A DNA stretch of 58,851 bases. Origin: a virus. Taxonomy: Duplodnaviria > Caudoviricetes. Where the stretch lies: IMG/VR virus record IMGVR_UViG_3300042477_000507, positions 1-58,851 of that record, one strand, 5' to 3'. Made by a program: the position numbers and the translations under genes. Positions 27,544 through 37,510 of the stretch are shown in pieces; position 1 is the stretch's first letter, and each line of letters begins with the position of its first letter. Under the pieces are notes generated by a model. The model ran no database searches, was not told the origin of the DNA, and was given only the letters and a program-made list of their open reading frames with translations.

Positions 27544-27997
27544 TCATGATTGGGCGCTTGGTCACAATAAACCCTTTCAGATACTGATGAAGCCCCCAGC
27601 AATAATCCTCTACCCGTAAATTCCACAACCACTCAAGTATTTCAAATGATCTTTTTCTGCACCAATACCAATAAGAACGAAACTTTTCAGCATCTTCTTT
27701 TTTAGAGATCTGCGCAACATAAAAAGTTTCTTGACACAAAAACTCTTTTACTTCGGGCGCCCCAATGCGAGTTATGCAGTAATAATTCCACCAACGATAC
27801 TTAAGTTTCACGTGCGCCTTCAAAACTTGAAAATAAAATCTGCGTCGCATGACGTACAATGATCTCTGTTTCCATTCGATAGAAACATAGTTATTTATTT
27901 TCTCTCGCTGAAATGAATGCCCCTGGGGGCGCAGGAGAATTCCGTGCTTAAACGCTGACTTCGTAGCCTTGGGCACAAATTTCTTGCCGTCACGCAA
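27392..27997 (-). CDS. basic aromatic-rich hypothetical protein
   Basis: 201 aa ORF; start uncertain. Confidence 0.45.
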   Translation of the reverse strand: MRDGKKFVPKATKSAFKHGILLRPQGHSFQREKINNYVSIEWKQRSLYVMRRRFYFQVLKAHVKLKYRWWNYYCITRIGAPEVKEFLCQETFYVAQISKKEDAEKFRSYWYWCRKRSFEILEWLWNLRVEDYCWGLHQYLKGFIVTKRPIMSEVERYDAKSSEEICCEILRTRRAFNNGESGEKEIASMQRSVVQQQIIHD

Positions 27998-28040
27998 GAT
28001 TGTAAGTTACAATCGTCGCAAGCTTTAGGAGCTTCATGTC

Positions 28041-28214
28041 GTGCTTCCCTTCTTCTTCTGCGTGATTCTGCCCGATGAGACGGGCGGTGAGCAAATCATT
28101 TCTGGCCGTCTCATGCAACAAAGCATCTCAGAAGCAATCAGGGCAGTCGAGGATCTCTACCCGGCGGCACTAGAAATCAGGGTCTACAAACAGAAAGCCC
28201 TGCAGCCGCTTTGA
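28041..28214 (+). CDS. hypothetical protein (57 aa), first gene of rightward arm
   Basis: Manual read; AGGAG RBS then GTG LPFFFCVILPDETGGEQ... Confidence 0.5.
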   Translation: MLPFFFCVILPDETGGEQIISGRLMQQSISEAIRAVEDLYPAALEIRVYKQKALQPL

Positions 28215-28480
28215 ACTTCCCCGCAAGCGACGAAGAAAAAATGCTCGTGCATCAAACAATGCGCGAGCTAAAACAATCTCTTGCAAAATCAGCGCAACTT
28301 GCTGAGCATCTAATTGATTTGCTTGACGACAACTTTCTTGCAATTACAGCAGAGTACAGAAAAGAACTTTTTCCGAACGTTGACAGAATTAGCTCTGCGT
28401 TGTGGAAACTAAACCTGCGCTTTTTCAAAACACTGACTCAGAAGGAAAGAATCATTGCAAGCAATGAACAAAGCAAATGA
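28211..28480 (+). CDS. hypothetical protein
   Basis: ORF track. Confidence 0.55.
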   Translation: MNFPASDEEKMLVHQTMRELKQSLAKSAQLAEHLIDLLDDNFLAITAEYRKELFPNVDRISSALWKLNLRFFKTLTQKERIIASNEQSK

Positions 28481-28511
28481 ATCACAAATGCTGTCGATAC
28501 GCTGACTTGTA

Positions 28512-28540
28512 TTGACAGACGAAACCCAATACGTTACACT
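28512..28540 (+). promoter_or_regulatory. sigma70-type promoter
   Basis: TTGACA-17-TACACT. Confidence 0.75.
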
Positions 28541-28567
28541 TAAGAGGTTCTATGCAAAAACCCTGTC

Positions 28568-28810
28568 ATGGCTAGACGCGAGAGACTGAGATTCAGGCCC
28601 GGAGACCTCGTGTTCGCCCGCTTCCATGGGGAGGAGGAGTTTGAAATCATTGAAGAGGTAAAATGTGATTCATCTTTTCCACACTTCAAATGCAAAACCT
28701 GGGGCGGGCGTAGGCATGATTACTGGGTGTTCCCACAAATCCATCTTTCTTCTAAATCAATTCAAACGTTGATTCAGGAAGCAAATCGCAAACAACTCTC
28801 TCTCATCTGA
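28568..28810 (+). CDS. hypothetical protein (possible SH3/KOW-like)
   Basis: FRPGDLVFARF; follows promoter. Confidence 0.6.
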   Translation: MARRERLRFRPGDLVFARFHGEEEFEIIEEVKCDSSFPHFKCKTWGGRRHDYWVFPQIHLSSKSIQTLIQEANRKQLSLI

Positions 28811-28819
28811 TTCAGAAAC

Positions 28820-29206
28820 ATGGCAACATTTCTTTCTCGTCGGGAAGCTCAGGAACGTGCGCGTCAAGAAAAAGAGCAAAAACGGCAAAACAAACTACGT
28901 CATAAAGATTTGATGTGGGCGGCTAAGCGACGCTATCTTGATGATAGCGAATGGTATGAGCTTTTTGTTCTTGATCGCACGTTTGGGCAGTGGGGTCCAG
29001 AGCAAGCGGAATATGAATTTGGGGTGCTTTCAGAATTGCGTGAATTTTTTGCACGTCACGCAGTTGGAAGCAAGTGCCCGCACATGAACGCTCTAGAAAA
29101 ACACTTGGCACTACACGCAGAAAAAGAAAACACTGAAGTCAAGCAAAAAAGCAAGAAGCTTGTTTGCGCACATCCCAGTGAAAAGAAACTTGCAAAAGCA
29201 AAATGA
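28820..29206 (+). CDS. hypothetical protein
   Basis: ORF track. Confidence 0.6.
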   Translation: MATFLSRREAQERARQEKEQKRQNKLRHKDLMWAAKRRYLDDSEWYELFVLDRTFGQWGPEQAEYEFGVLSELREFFARHAVGSKCPHMNALEKHLALHAEKENTEVKQKSKKLVCAHPSEKKLAKAK

Positions 29207-29454
29207 CAAAACGCAATCAAGAAAAGAGCGACTTTCCAACAGGAACTCGCACAATCATCCTTGAAGACCTTGACGAAGATACTTGGTTTCACTTGCTTGC
29301 AACAATTGATGCGCGCATTTTTCATTTTGAAACTCGACTTCGTGAGGCAGAGAAATTCAATGATCCAGACAACGTGATCTGGCACTACAAGTGGACAATC
29401 GAAATGCACAAGAAAATCAAAGAGACAATGCGCAAGCAAATTTGGCAGCAATAG
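29203..29454 (+). CDS. hypothetical protein
   Basis: ATGA coupling. Confidence 0.6.
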   Translation: MTKRNQEKSDFPTGTRTIILEDLDEDTWFHLLATIDARIFHFETRLREAEKFNDPDNVIWHYKWTIEMHKKIKETMRKQIWQQ

Positions 29455-29587
29455 CCTTGGGAGCTTGCATGGCCTAAACAACAGACGACGTACAAAGTCA
29501 AGGGGCTATGTGCCACTTTGCACTTAACTGCTTAAGTGTCACTAGTACACCGGCAAGTTATTTTGCACACCGACCCCTCTCTGCTCT

Positions 29588-29920
29588 ATGCACTTGACCG
29601 AAGCGCTTGCAAAGTCTCTCGCACGCGCTGTCCATCTCAGACACAGCATCATCACGCGACGCGATGAACACAAAAAACGAGTTCAAGAGCTTACAAGCAA
29701 AAGATCAGCGCTTTACATAAAAGCAACTGACTACCTGGAAGATTCACCAGCGATGAGTGAATTTCACAGACAACTTGATTTGCTCGACAAACAAGAGTTT
29801 GAGCTTCACGACGAATTCAAAAAGTTTCTCAGAAAAACAGATGACGAACTCACAGTCACAATCGGCGAGATTGTACGAGAAAAGTTTGGACCCGATTGGG
29901 ATTTCAATTCAGCTATCTGA
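29588..29920 (+). CDS. coiled-coil hypothetical protein
   Basis: ORF track. Confidence 0.6.
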   Translation: MHLTEALAKSLARAVHLRHSIITRRDEHKKRVQELTSKRSALYIKATDYLEDSPAMSEFHRQLDLLDKQEFELHDEFKKFLRKTDDELTVTIGEIVREKFGPDWDFNSAI

Positions 29921-29933
29921 ACTTGCGCCGGTA

Positions 29934-30116
29934 ATGAATTTACGACAGGCGCAAAAAGCAAATGAGCTGCAATCATTTATTTCACAATTAGCGATCAGTA
30001 AGCTTCGCGCAGCAGATAAGGGCGACAGAAATAAATATGACACAATAGAGAAACAGCAAATTCAAGCTGCGCTAGCTGCTTTGCAAATTATTCAGGAGGT
30101 TGAAAATGCTATCTGA
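29934..30116 (+). CDS. hypothetical protein
   Basis: Start moved to MNLRQAQ. Confidence 0.5.
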   Translation: MNLRQAQKANELQSFISQLAISKLRAADKGDRNKYDTIEKQQIQAALAALQIIQEVENAI

Positions 30117-31011
30117 AGACAGACCGAAAGCGGAAATAGTCGGAAGGCAGTCATTTACTGCGTTGCCAAATTGGATTATCAGAAAACGCGCAGAAGATGC
30201 AAAGTGGCTGAGCTGTACTGAATTTTCAATTTTGGTAACGCTGCAGTTTTTTGCAAATGGCGCAGGTGCTGACTCGTCCGTTTTTCCAAGCTACAACACA
30301 ATTGCAATGTATTCAGGCGTATCAAAAAGGTGTGCGATTGATTGTATCGATTCACTTATCGACAAAAAACTTGTGAGAAAAGAGACGAGAAAAAATAAAG
30401 ATGGCCAGCAATCGAACATTTACAAATTGATGATCTGGAGCGATGGGGAGCCCGTTCGGGAGTCAGGGGGTGGTGCAGGAGCTGCACTAGGGGGGGTGCA
30501 GGATTTGCACTGGGGGGGTGCAGGATTTGCACCCAAACAAGAACCAATGAACAAAAAAAGAGAAGAAATCCCCCCTGTATCCCCCCGACAGATCCCTACG
30601 CCGCCCACGCCCTCCACAGACACGCTTTCACCCGGTTCCGCTACCAAGAGAGTCAAGGCGACCCAGAGCAGCGTTCCTGACGATCTCAGGCCCCTCTCAG
30701 AGCTGATCTGCAGCTTCTTCAACGATCACAAAGCTGGGGCAAGGACACAACGAGCTTTCGCAGGGTTGATTTTGCAACTAAGAAAAATCTTGCAAGATAA
30801 AAGCGGTGGTATGCAGCATGTAAAAAAACAGTTGCAAGTTGCTATCGAAAAATCGCAAATGGGCGAGAAGAAATGGAATTCAATTACTTACGAAAATTGG
30901 GAGCGCTTTGGAAAGCAAAAAACTCCTGCATGGCAAATCAACAACAGACCCAGCACGCAAGCTGTCACAACAATTTTTGACGAAGACGCAGCAAGCGACT
31001 TGCAATTCTGA
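30106..31011 (+). CDS. replication initiator with N-terminal HTH (lambda O-like organisation)
   Basis: FTALPNW...FPSYNTIA...SKR...ID.L....L.K..R....G.Q.SN.Y; internal iterons; precedes DnaB. Confidence 0.8.
   Translation: MLSEDRPKAEIVGRQSFTALPNWIIRKRAEDAKWLSCTEFSILVTLQFFANGAGADSSVFPSYNTIAMYSGVSKRCAIDCIDSLIDKKLVRKETRKNKDGQQSNIYKLMIWSDGEPVRESGGGAGAALGGVQDLHWGGAGFAPKQEPMNKKREEIPPVSPRQIPTPPTPSTDTLSPGSATKRVKATQSSVPDDLRPLSELICSFFNDHKAGARTQRAFAGLILQLRKILQDKSGGMQHVKKQLQVAIEKSQMGEKKWNSITYENWERFGKQKTPAWQINNRPSTQAVTTIFDEDAASDLQF
30473..30532 (+). repeat. three iterons, probable replication origin
   Basis: GTGCA-GGA(GC/TT)-TGCAC at 30473, 30496, 30518 followed by A-rich tract. Confidence 0.75.
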
Positions 31012-31052
31012 AATACGTGCTACAATCTGCAAACTCTCCCACTCAGAGCAAC

Positions 31053-32471
31053 ATGACAACACTCGGCATCGAAGACTTTGAAACTCAGCAGGACTCAGTT
31101 GAAATAGAAAAACATTTTCTTGCCGCCGCCTACAACCATCTTTGCTTTGGGTTTGGCGAGCAAGATTGGATTGATAAATTCATGGACTTACCTAAAGGGC
31201 GCGAGATATTTTCTGACGCACTCAACAAAAGCATGTTCGACTGCCTACAAGAAGAACTACTAACTTTCCAGGATGCGCCGACAAATGAAATTACAGTTTC
31301 GACTCGCCTGCGAAAGATTGTTGAATGTGATGCGGCGACAATAGATAATTACATAGATGAGATTGTTTCACACCCTGTTGAAAAAGATCTTGATGTCTGG
31401 AAGAACAAGATTATCCCTATCTGGCATTTTCATCACTCACGCTCGCTTGTCAAAGATTACTTAAAGAATTCACTCGACATTGTAGAAAGAAGCTGCAATA
31501 TACAAGAATCGCAAGTCGCACTCTCTTATGTGCTAAATGCTGCGCAGCTTATTGAGGGCGTAGAAACACAAAAAGATGAGGTACATCCCTTCATCGCCGC
31601 CAAGGAGATGCTGCTTGGCCCGAAGCAGGAAAACCGTGTCCTACGCACGCGCTTCGGCTTCCTGAACAGCGCTCTGGGCGGCGGCCTGAACCATCCCGCA
31701 CTTGGGACGGACGGACGCCTGATCGTCGTTGCAGGACGCCCCGGCAGTGGCAAATCGACCTGGGCCATGAACCTGGCTCTCGATGTCGCCACCAAGGGTT
31801 CCAAGGTGCTTTTTTACACGCTTGAAATGTCTGATAAAGAAGTTTGTCAGCGCATGTTGTCGTGTCTTGATTATTTGATGTGCCTAGAAAAAGGGGGTAC
31901 TCCTCTTAGTTATGGGCACATCATCAGGCAAATTAAAGACGAAGAGCAGGAGGAGCGGATTCGATCAATTCCTATTGAGCGCATTGCTGATAACTTTATT
32001 TTCACAAATACTTACAACGTGTCGCCAAGTCAAGTTGTGACAAAGATCAAAACGGAAAAGCGTAAAAACAAAGATTTGTCACTTGTGATTATCGACTATT
32101 TGACATTGATGGATCTTGACTCTGATTCAACAAAAGCTGAAACACGCGCACTTGCAATCGGGGCGGCGACACGAAAACTGAAAACTGTTGCATTGCAAAC
32201 TGGTGTTGATGTTCTCGCTGTCTGTCAATTGAATAGGGGCGTTGAGTCAAGAAATGATAAAAAGCCGATGCTGTCAGACCTTCGTGAATCTGGGCGCATC
32301 GAAGAAGATGCTGATCTTGTAATTATGAACTACTGGCCTTGGTACTACGACAAGAATGAAGATGCCATGCGCTATGAGTACGCCGTTGTGAAAAACAGAA
32401 AGGGTGCGACGGGTACATGTGAGATTTCTTTCGCAAAAGAGTTCTATGCAATGACGGAGCGTGCAGAGTGA
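31053..32471 (+). CDS. dnaB: replicative helicase DnaB-like
   Basis: AGRPGSGKST, TLEMS, IIDYLTLM, QLNRGVE.R..K.P.LSDLRESG.IEEDAD, KNR.G. Confidence 0.95.
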   Translation: MTTLGIEDFETQQDSVEIEKHFLAAAYNHLCFGFGEQDWIDKFMDLPKGREIFSDALNKSMFDCLQEELLTFQDAPTNEITVSTRLRKIVECDAATIDNYIDEIVSHPVEKDLDVWKNKIIPIWHFHHSRSLVKDYLKNSLDIVERSCNIQESQVALSYVLNAAQLIEGVETQKDEVHPFIAAKEMLLGPKQENRVLRTRFGFLNSALGGGLNHPALGTDGRLIVVAGRPGSGKSTWAMNLALDVATKGSKVLFYTLEMSDKEVCQRMLSCLDYLMCLEKGGTPLSYGHIIRQIKDEEQEERIRSIPIERIADNFIFTNTYNVSPSQVVTKIKTEKRKNKDLSLVIIDYLTLMDLDSDSTKAETRALAIGAATRKLKTVALQTGVDVLAVCQLNRGVESRNDKKPMLSDLRESGRIEEDADLVIMNYWPWYYDKNEDAMRYEYAVVKNRKGATGTCEISFAKEFYAMTERAE

Positions 32472-33061
32472 ATCATTCGTCTCGTAAAAATCCTTGCCCC
32501 GTGTGCGGGCGAAACACTGATGATAAATGTAGAATAAGCGATGAATTTATACTTTGTTATGACGGAGATTCTTTTGCGCCCCCTCAGCATTTGCGTGTCG
32601 GCGACAAAGTAAAAGTCAACGCAGAAACATTTGCCCTATGCTCAACGTTGTCAGGATTTGCTGGAAACTCTCATTGTTTTGCGCTTGTCGATGATTTTAA
32701 TTATCGCTTCTTAAAATACGAAGACAAGCGTGCGTACAGAACTCAATGTGTGCGCGTAATGAAAGAATTTCTGCAAAGGAAGAAGTCAATAGATCTTGCT
32801 GTTAAATTCATTAACTTGAATGAAAATTTGCAAGCTTTCACCGTTTTGGAATTGATGCAATGCAGATTGATTGCTGAAAAATGCAAGTCATTAACAGACG
32901 AGCTACTGAGTTATGCGTCAGCAAATAAAAGATATATCGCTGACTATCTCTCGTATGTGAATGCGATTTTTGAGGCAGAGAAAGTAGCGGCTGATGCGCT
33001 TGCTGAGATTTCGAGTTTTGAGGAAGCCTGCTTAGGAGGCGCTCAGGTATTGACAAAGTAA
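32468..33061 (+). CDS. primase-type zinc-finger protein lacking visible TOPRIM domain
   Basis: SSRKNPCPVCGRNTDDKCR...ILC N-terminus; helical C-terminus. Confidence 0.55.
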   Translation: MNHSSRKNPCPVCGRNTDDKCRISDEFILCYDGDSFAPPQHLRVGDKVKVNAETFALCSTLSGFAGNSHCFALVDDFNYRFLKYEDKRAYRTQCVRVMKEFLQRKKSIDLAVKFINLNENLQAFTVLELMQCRLIAEKCKSLTDELLSYASANKRYIADYLSYVNAIFEAEKVAADALAEISSFEEACLGGAQVLTK

Positions 33062-33078
33062 AGACAGCGTGCAAGACT
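33050..33078 (+). promoter_or_regulatory. sigma70-type promoter
   Basis: TTGACA-17-AAGACT. Confidence 0.5.
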
Positions 33079-33085
33079 TTGCACA

Positions 33086-34609
33086 ATGCGCACTCACTCA
33101 TTCAACGCAGAACAGACAATGCTTGATCAAATTCCTGCTGAAAAAAAGAAAAACTACATCTCCTGCAAAAAGATTGCGTCTTTTCGTAGTGGTATGAAAA
33201 CGACAGAAAAAGGAAGAATGTCGTCTTCAAGTTACACGCTTTTTGCGTTTGAACATGAAAATTCGATAACTTTTTCATCTCGCCTTAGGTCAACGCACGG
33301 AGGTGAATCAGCCTTTGGCGATCATTTTAAGTTTCAACTTAAAATCAGAACGCTAAAATCTGGCGAAAAAAGATTTATTTTTTACAACTTAATTGGGCGC
33401 CCGACAGGAGTTCGCACTTCATCACCAAACCAAATGCGTAGCAAGTTAGCGATTCTCTGCAGGAAGCAAGAAGATAATCGCAAAAAACCTATGCACAAAG
33501 ATCCTAATCGTGGACTCTATTTGGCACAGGAGCGTCGCCTACTCGTTTTTCTACGCAGCTTCCTAAAGCGTCACGGGGTCTCGACTCGGCACCTCAGCAG
33601 CGACCCGTTCTCCTTGATGACGCAGCTCTGCTATCCAGGAACTTGTGGGTTTGACGACTCGACGCTTCGCTCAATTTCGGTTGGAGAGTTTTTACTGGAA
33701 GATCCGGTCAAAATAATCTTGCGCACAAATGGAAAGAAAAGTAAGCGGGTTTTGTTTGGCGCGATCAAGAAAAATCCACTGATGGCGCAAGGGGTATTGC
33801 GATTTGCAAAGTACATCAGAATTAATCGCTCGCTAGATCATGCGCAAGAATTTCTTGAACAAATGACGCAAGAGCGATTGGATTGCTTTGGGCAAGAACG
33901 CCGATTTTCCGATGGTCTTTATTACGAGTACGGCGCAAAAAATCTAAAAACAAAGCAAATGAAAGTTTTTGATCGCCTGTCTATTGACGCAATTATTTCA
34001 GCACTTTATAGCAATATGATCCTTAATGATACATTTAGAATGATTCACGAACTTAACGCAAACGAAGGATTTGATTTTTCACAAATTGAATATAATAGCA
34101 TCAGAGAGCTGCACGACGCACTTATTGAGCTAACACCAAAGCGCAAAAAGAACTCATTTGCTCATTTTTGCTTCAAAGAAAGCAATCCTTCAATCCAGTT
34201 CTGCAAAAAGCTGCAAGATGGATTTACTGACGATCGCTACTCAATTTGTTACGCAACTGGAACAAAAGAACTTCATCAACTGGCGGGCATCATGCACAAC
34301 TGTGCTTTTTACTATTACAATAGAATTGAAAAAGGAGACTACGCAATCTTCTGTATAAAAGATGACAATAAAACAAAATACATGTTTGGAATGAATATTT
34401 ACTACAGAACAGATGTGAATTGCTTATTTGCAAAGCTTGATCAAGCCGTAGCAATGTGCAATGCAAAAATTGAGGTAGATATTGAAAACGAATTGAATGA
34501 TAAAATTCAAAAAGCCTTAGCTCCCTCAATTTTTTACAGCTATGAACTCCGGCTACCCAAAAATCAGCCCCGCGCCGAACTGGGTGTCAATCTTCACGCT
34601 GCACCCTGA
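33086..34609 (+). CDS. PcfJ-like domain protein
   Basis: DTFRM...ELHD.L...EL...A..MHNCA..Y..RI..G...IF. Confidence 0.7.
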   Translation: MRTHSFNAEQTMLDQIPAEKKKNYISCKKIASFRSGMKTTEKGRMSSSSYTLFAFEHENSITFSSRLRSTHGGESAFGDHFKFQLKIRTLKSGEKRFIFYNLIGRPTGVRTSSPNQMRSKLAILCRKQEDNRKKPMHKDPNRGLYLAQERRLLVFLRSFLKRHGVSTRHLSSDPFSLMTQLCYPGTCGFDDSTLRSISVGEFLLEDPVKIILRTNGKKSKRVLFGAIKKNPLMAQGVLRFAKYIRINRSLDHAQEFLEQMTQERLDCFGQERRFSDGLYYEYGAKNLKTKQMKVFDRLSIDAIISALYSNMILNDTFRMIHELNANEGFDFSQIEYNSIRELHDALIELTPKRKKNSFAHFCFKESNPSIQFCKKLQDGFTDDRYSICYATGTKELHQLAGIMHNCAFYYYNRIEKGDYAIFCIKDDNKTKYMFGMNIYYRTDVNCLFAKLDQAVAMCNAKIEVDIENELNDKIQKALAPSIFYSYELRLPKNQPRAELGVNLHAAP

Positions 34610-34745
34610 ACTTGATCCACCAGGATACGCCGACACTTTTATCGAGATTCACGAGCACCCTTACGTGAAGCCAGGCGCAGACAAAGAAGAAAAGGCGAAG
34701 GAGAAAAAGAAAAAGAAAAAGCTGGGGCGCAACGAAAAAGCTTAA
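34542..34745 (+). CDS. small hypothetical protein
   Basis: W..IF...PELDPPGY motif, Lys-rich tail. Confidence 0.55.
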   Translation: MNSGYPKISPAPNWVSIFTLHPELDPPGYADTFIEIHEHPYVKPGADKEEKAKEKKKKKKLGRNEKA

Positions 34746-35035
34746 AAATCATCCCAGTTGCTTTCTTTGCGCTTTTCAAACTCATCAAGCGTTACTTTTT
34801 CAAAATCAATAGGCGCAACAGGAATCTTTCTTGTTAGGTGCTTGTGAGACGAATTTTCTTCAGTAGCAATTCCATTGATCTCGCAGTACTTTTCGTGCCA
34901 CTCCTGAATCATTCTTCTGTCAACAAAGCCCTGCATCAGATTTGCAATCGCTTGCACGCTCTCGCCTTTCTCAAAAAGCAAATTCACTGTCACTCGCAGG
35001 ATTCGATTGAGCGAGGTCGAAGCGCGTGTGGGCAT
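34742..35035 (-). CDS. HTH-like hypothetical protein
   Basis: LFEKGESVQAIA; divergent from erf promoter. Confidence 0.55.
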   Translation of the reverse strand: MPTRASTSLNRILRVTVNLLFEKGESVQAIANLMQGFVDRRMIQEWHEKYCEINGIATEENSSHKHLTRKIPVAPIDFEKVTLDEFEKRKESNWDDF

Positions 35036-35050
35036 TTTGCAGCGAATGGG

Positions 35051-35080
35051 TTGACAGGTTGTTTGATCTGATGCTACCTT
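35051..35080 (+). promoter_or_regulatory. sigma70-type promoter
   Basis: TTGACA-18-TACCTT with TG extension. Confidence 0.6.
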
Positions 35081-35105
35081 GCATCTGTTCAACACACAAG
35101 ACGGC

Positions 35106-35867
35106 ATGTCCGTTCATCAGAAGCTCATGCAGGCGCGTATCGCGCTTCAGGGCAAAAAACTCTCAAAAAGCGGTAAGAACAAATTCGCTGGATACAATTA
35201 CTTTGAACTTGGGGACTTCCTCCCGACTGTTCAAGAAATCTTTCTGTCGCTTGAATTGTCAGGTGTCGTTAGCTACGGCAAAGAAGAAGCCACGCTGACC
35301 ATCACCGATTGCAGCAACCCAGACGACTGCATCGAGATCTTCAGCCCCATGTCCAGCGCTGCTCTCAAGGGGGCGCATGAGATTCAGAACCTGGGCGCAG
35401 TGCAGACCTACCTCCGTCGCTACCTCTGGGTGACAGCCATGGAGATCGTTGAGCACGACGCCTTGGATGCTGTTCTGGGCAGCGATGGCGGCACCTCTGC
35501 ACCGAAGGCAGCTCCTGCAGCTCGCAAGCCCGTTGATGAGACACCCGGTGGTCTGCGAGCCAGCGAGGCGTTTGCACCTACCTCGGTCAACGAGAAGCTT
35601 GAAACCAAGTTGATGGACCTGGGCATCACGCAGTACGGAATCAAGACCGTGCTCACGATCACCGAATCACTCAGCCTCGCCGAAATCCCTGAAAACAAAG
35701 CGACGGCGCTGTTGAAAGCAGTGGGCAAAGATCACGTCAGGATGTTCAATCAGGGCAAGAACAGCAAGGGCGCTCAAATTATTCCTGAGCCCGTCAGCGA
35801 CAAGATCAATACCAAGTCGATTGACGATCTTGCAAAAGCTGCTGAAGACGCATTCGGGGACGACTGA
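35106..35867 (+). CDS. erf: ERF-family single-strand annealing protein
   Basis: KSGKNKFAGYNYFELGDFLP and Q.LGAVQTYLRRYL...D. Confidence 0.85.
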   Translation: MSVHQKLMQARIALQGKKLSKSGKNKFAGYNYFELGDFLPTVQEIFLSLELSGVVSYGKEEATLTITDCSNPDDCIEIFSPMSSAALKGAHEIQNLGAVQTYLRRYLWVTAMEIVEHDALDAVLGSDGGTSAPKAAPAARKPVDETPGGLRASEAFAPTSVNEKLETKLMDLGITQYGIKTVLTITESLSLAEIPENKATALLKAVGKDHVRMFNQGKNSKGAQIIPEPVSDKINTKSIDDLAKAAEDAFGDD

Positions 35868-36070
35868 TGAAAATCAACGCAAGTCAGCGAGTTACTTTTA
35901 CCCTTCCTCGCCCGATCTACGAGAAACTTGTTGAACTGGCACAACTCAGCGATACAAGCATTGCTGGGCTGACGAATCGAGCCACTCGTGAGTGGTTGGA
36001 GGAGAATTACAGGCAGTTCATTGCTTTTTACTCAAAAGACAAGCCAGCGGCGCAAGAGCGCTGGAAGTAA
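35867..36070 (+). CDS. ribbon-helix-helix (CopG-like) protein
   Basis: RVTFTLPRPIYEKL..LA....SIA.L...A..EWL. Confidence 0.7.
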   Translation: MKINASQRVTFTLPRPIYEKLVELAQLSDTSIAGLTNRATREWLEENYRQFIAFYSKDKPAAQERWK

Positions 36071-36091
36071 CAATCAACCAAAGTATTCATC

Positions 36092-36487
36092 ATGAAAAAC
36101 AACACTGTTTTCACAATCAGCATTACCGTCGCATCTCTTGCGGCACTCGCTTTTGTCCTTTGGGGGCTCCCTCAATTGGGTGTTTACAACCGCACCTTGG
36201 CGGGCAAAGCCTCATTGATGGAAGCTGAAAGCACACGCCAGGTGAAAGTGCTTGAGGCGAAGGCCAAGAAAGACGCAGCATCGCTCGAAGCGGATGCCGA
36301 GATCGAACGCGCTAAAGGTGTTGCAGAGGCTAATCGCATCATCGGTGATTCTCTGAAAGATAATCCGCGCTATTTGCAGTATCTGTACATCGTTGGGCTA
36401 CAAGAAGGCAGCGAGAAAGGCAACCGCACAATCTACGTGCCTACCGAAGGCGGACTACCTGTTCCGACGCTCGGCATCGAAAAGTGA
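36092..36487 (+). CDS. membrane-anchored coiled-coil protein (SPFH C-terminus-like)
   Basis: TM segment; AEIERAKGVAEANRIIG.SL...YLQYL; IYVPTEGGLP. Confidence 0.7.
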   Translation: MKNNTVFTISITVASLAALAFVLWGLPQLGVYNRTLAGKASLMEAESTRQVKVLEAKAKKDAASLEADAEIERAKGVAEANRIIGDSLKDNPRYLQYLYIVGLQEGSEKGNRTIYVPTEGGLPVPTLGIEK

Positions 36488-36690
36488 CTTCACGCTATCT
36501 CGTTTACCAAGTTGGCTGCATCGAGTGCGGTGTGTCTTCTTACCCCATTAAGGCGTGCGTAACACTTGAAGACGCTCAAGCTGTAGCAAAAGCCCATCCG
36601 AGCACCTGGGAAACCGAGGGCGGTGAAGGATACGTAACCATAATTGACCTAGAAGAATGCAAAACGGTTGTTGATTGTCCCAGCGCTTAG
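36484..36690 (+). CDS. small cassette ORF
   Basis: GCIECGVSS; stop TAG is part of a putative recombination site. Confidence 0.6.
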   Translation: MTSRYLVYQVGCIECGVSSYPIKACVTLEDAQAVAKAHPSTWETEGGEGYVTIIDLEECKTVVDCPSA

Positions 36691-36711
36691 ATCTACACAC
36701 TTCTCTTTCTC

Positions 36712-36912
36712 ATGACTGACCTTCCCTTTCTTGACCTCAAGGTTTCCAACCCGTGTCCAACAATCGTTTACTCGCCAACGAAAGTTGTCTGTCCCAAGCA
36801 CGGCACACACCCTCATACGATCAGCAGCACTATCCCTGGCCATGAAGGCACTTGGTGCATGTTGTGCGCTTTAGAACAACTACACCCTCCGCTTCCTACA
36901 ACCAATGACTGA
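36712..36912 (+). CDS. small Cys/His cassette ORF
   Basis: CPKHG...WCMLC. Confidence 0.65.
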   Translation: MTDLPFLDLKVSNPCPTIVYSPTKVVCPKHGTHPHTISSTIPGHEGTWCMLCALEQLHPPLPTTND

Positions 36913-37268
36913 CCACCCGATCACCCCGCCACCTGAGCTGGTGCATCAGTGGCACAAAGAAACGTGCAAAGATCCCTGTAACGGGGGGCACTTTCTTTGA
37001 ATCAAAAACACTGAAACACGTCGCCACCCAAGCCGCCCGCTGGGGCGCTGATGAACAGCTAGAACAAGACGCAAGGTGGCTTGACACCTGTGCTTTGTTC
37101 AGCACACACTTAACAATCACACCATCTGGAGATGCATTGAGACAAGCAATGCGTTCCAAGCCGCCGAGCTTGAAGGAGCAGGCGCTGGAAGAAGTAGGCG
37201 CCTTTGAAGGTATGGGCACATGCAACATCGACATCATCCGCCGTGCTCTTGAATCCCTGCCTGAGTAA
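36905..37268 (+). pseudogene. HPITPPPELV-type ORF, frameshifted at G6 (36983-36988)
   Basis: Removing one G gives a 120-aa ORF continuing ATQAARWGAD...KPPSLKEQAL...IRRALESLPE. Confidence 0.7.
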
Positions 37269-37273
37269 TTACA

Positions 37274-37486
37274 ATGACCCATCAGATTGAACCTGTTGAA
37301 TTTATCAAACCTGACTTTGCTTACATCTATGCCAAAGTTGCTAGGCATGTAGCAGCAGCTTATGCTGTATGCGGTTATGACGAACATGTTTTAGATAAAG
37401 AACTCCGATTGGCAATGGAAGCCATTGAGTTGTTTGAAAAAGCAAGCATGACCATTTACTCTGTTATTCCTAATCCTAAGGATTAG
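37274..37486 (+). CDS. small cassette ORF
   Basis: ORF track; stop abuts putative recombination site. Confidence 0.6.
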   Translation: MTHQIEPVEFIKPDFAYIYAKVARHVAAAYAVCGYDEHVLDKELRLAMEAIELFEKASMTIYSVIPNPKD

Positions 37487-37510
37487 TAGTCAACATCACT
37501 TCTCTTCCTC

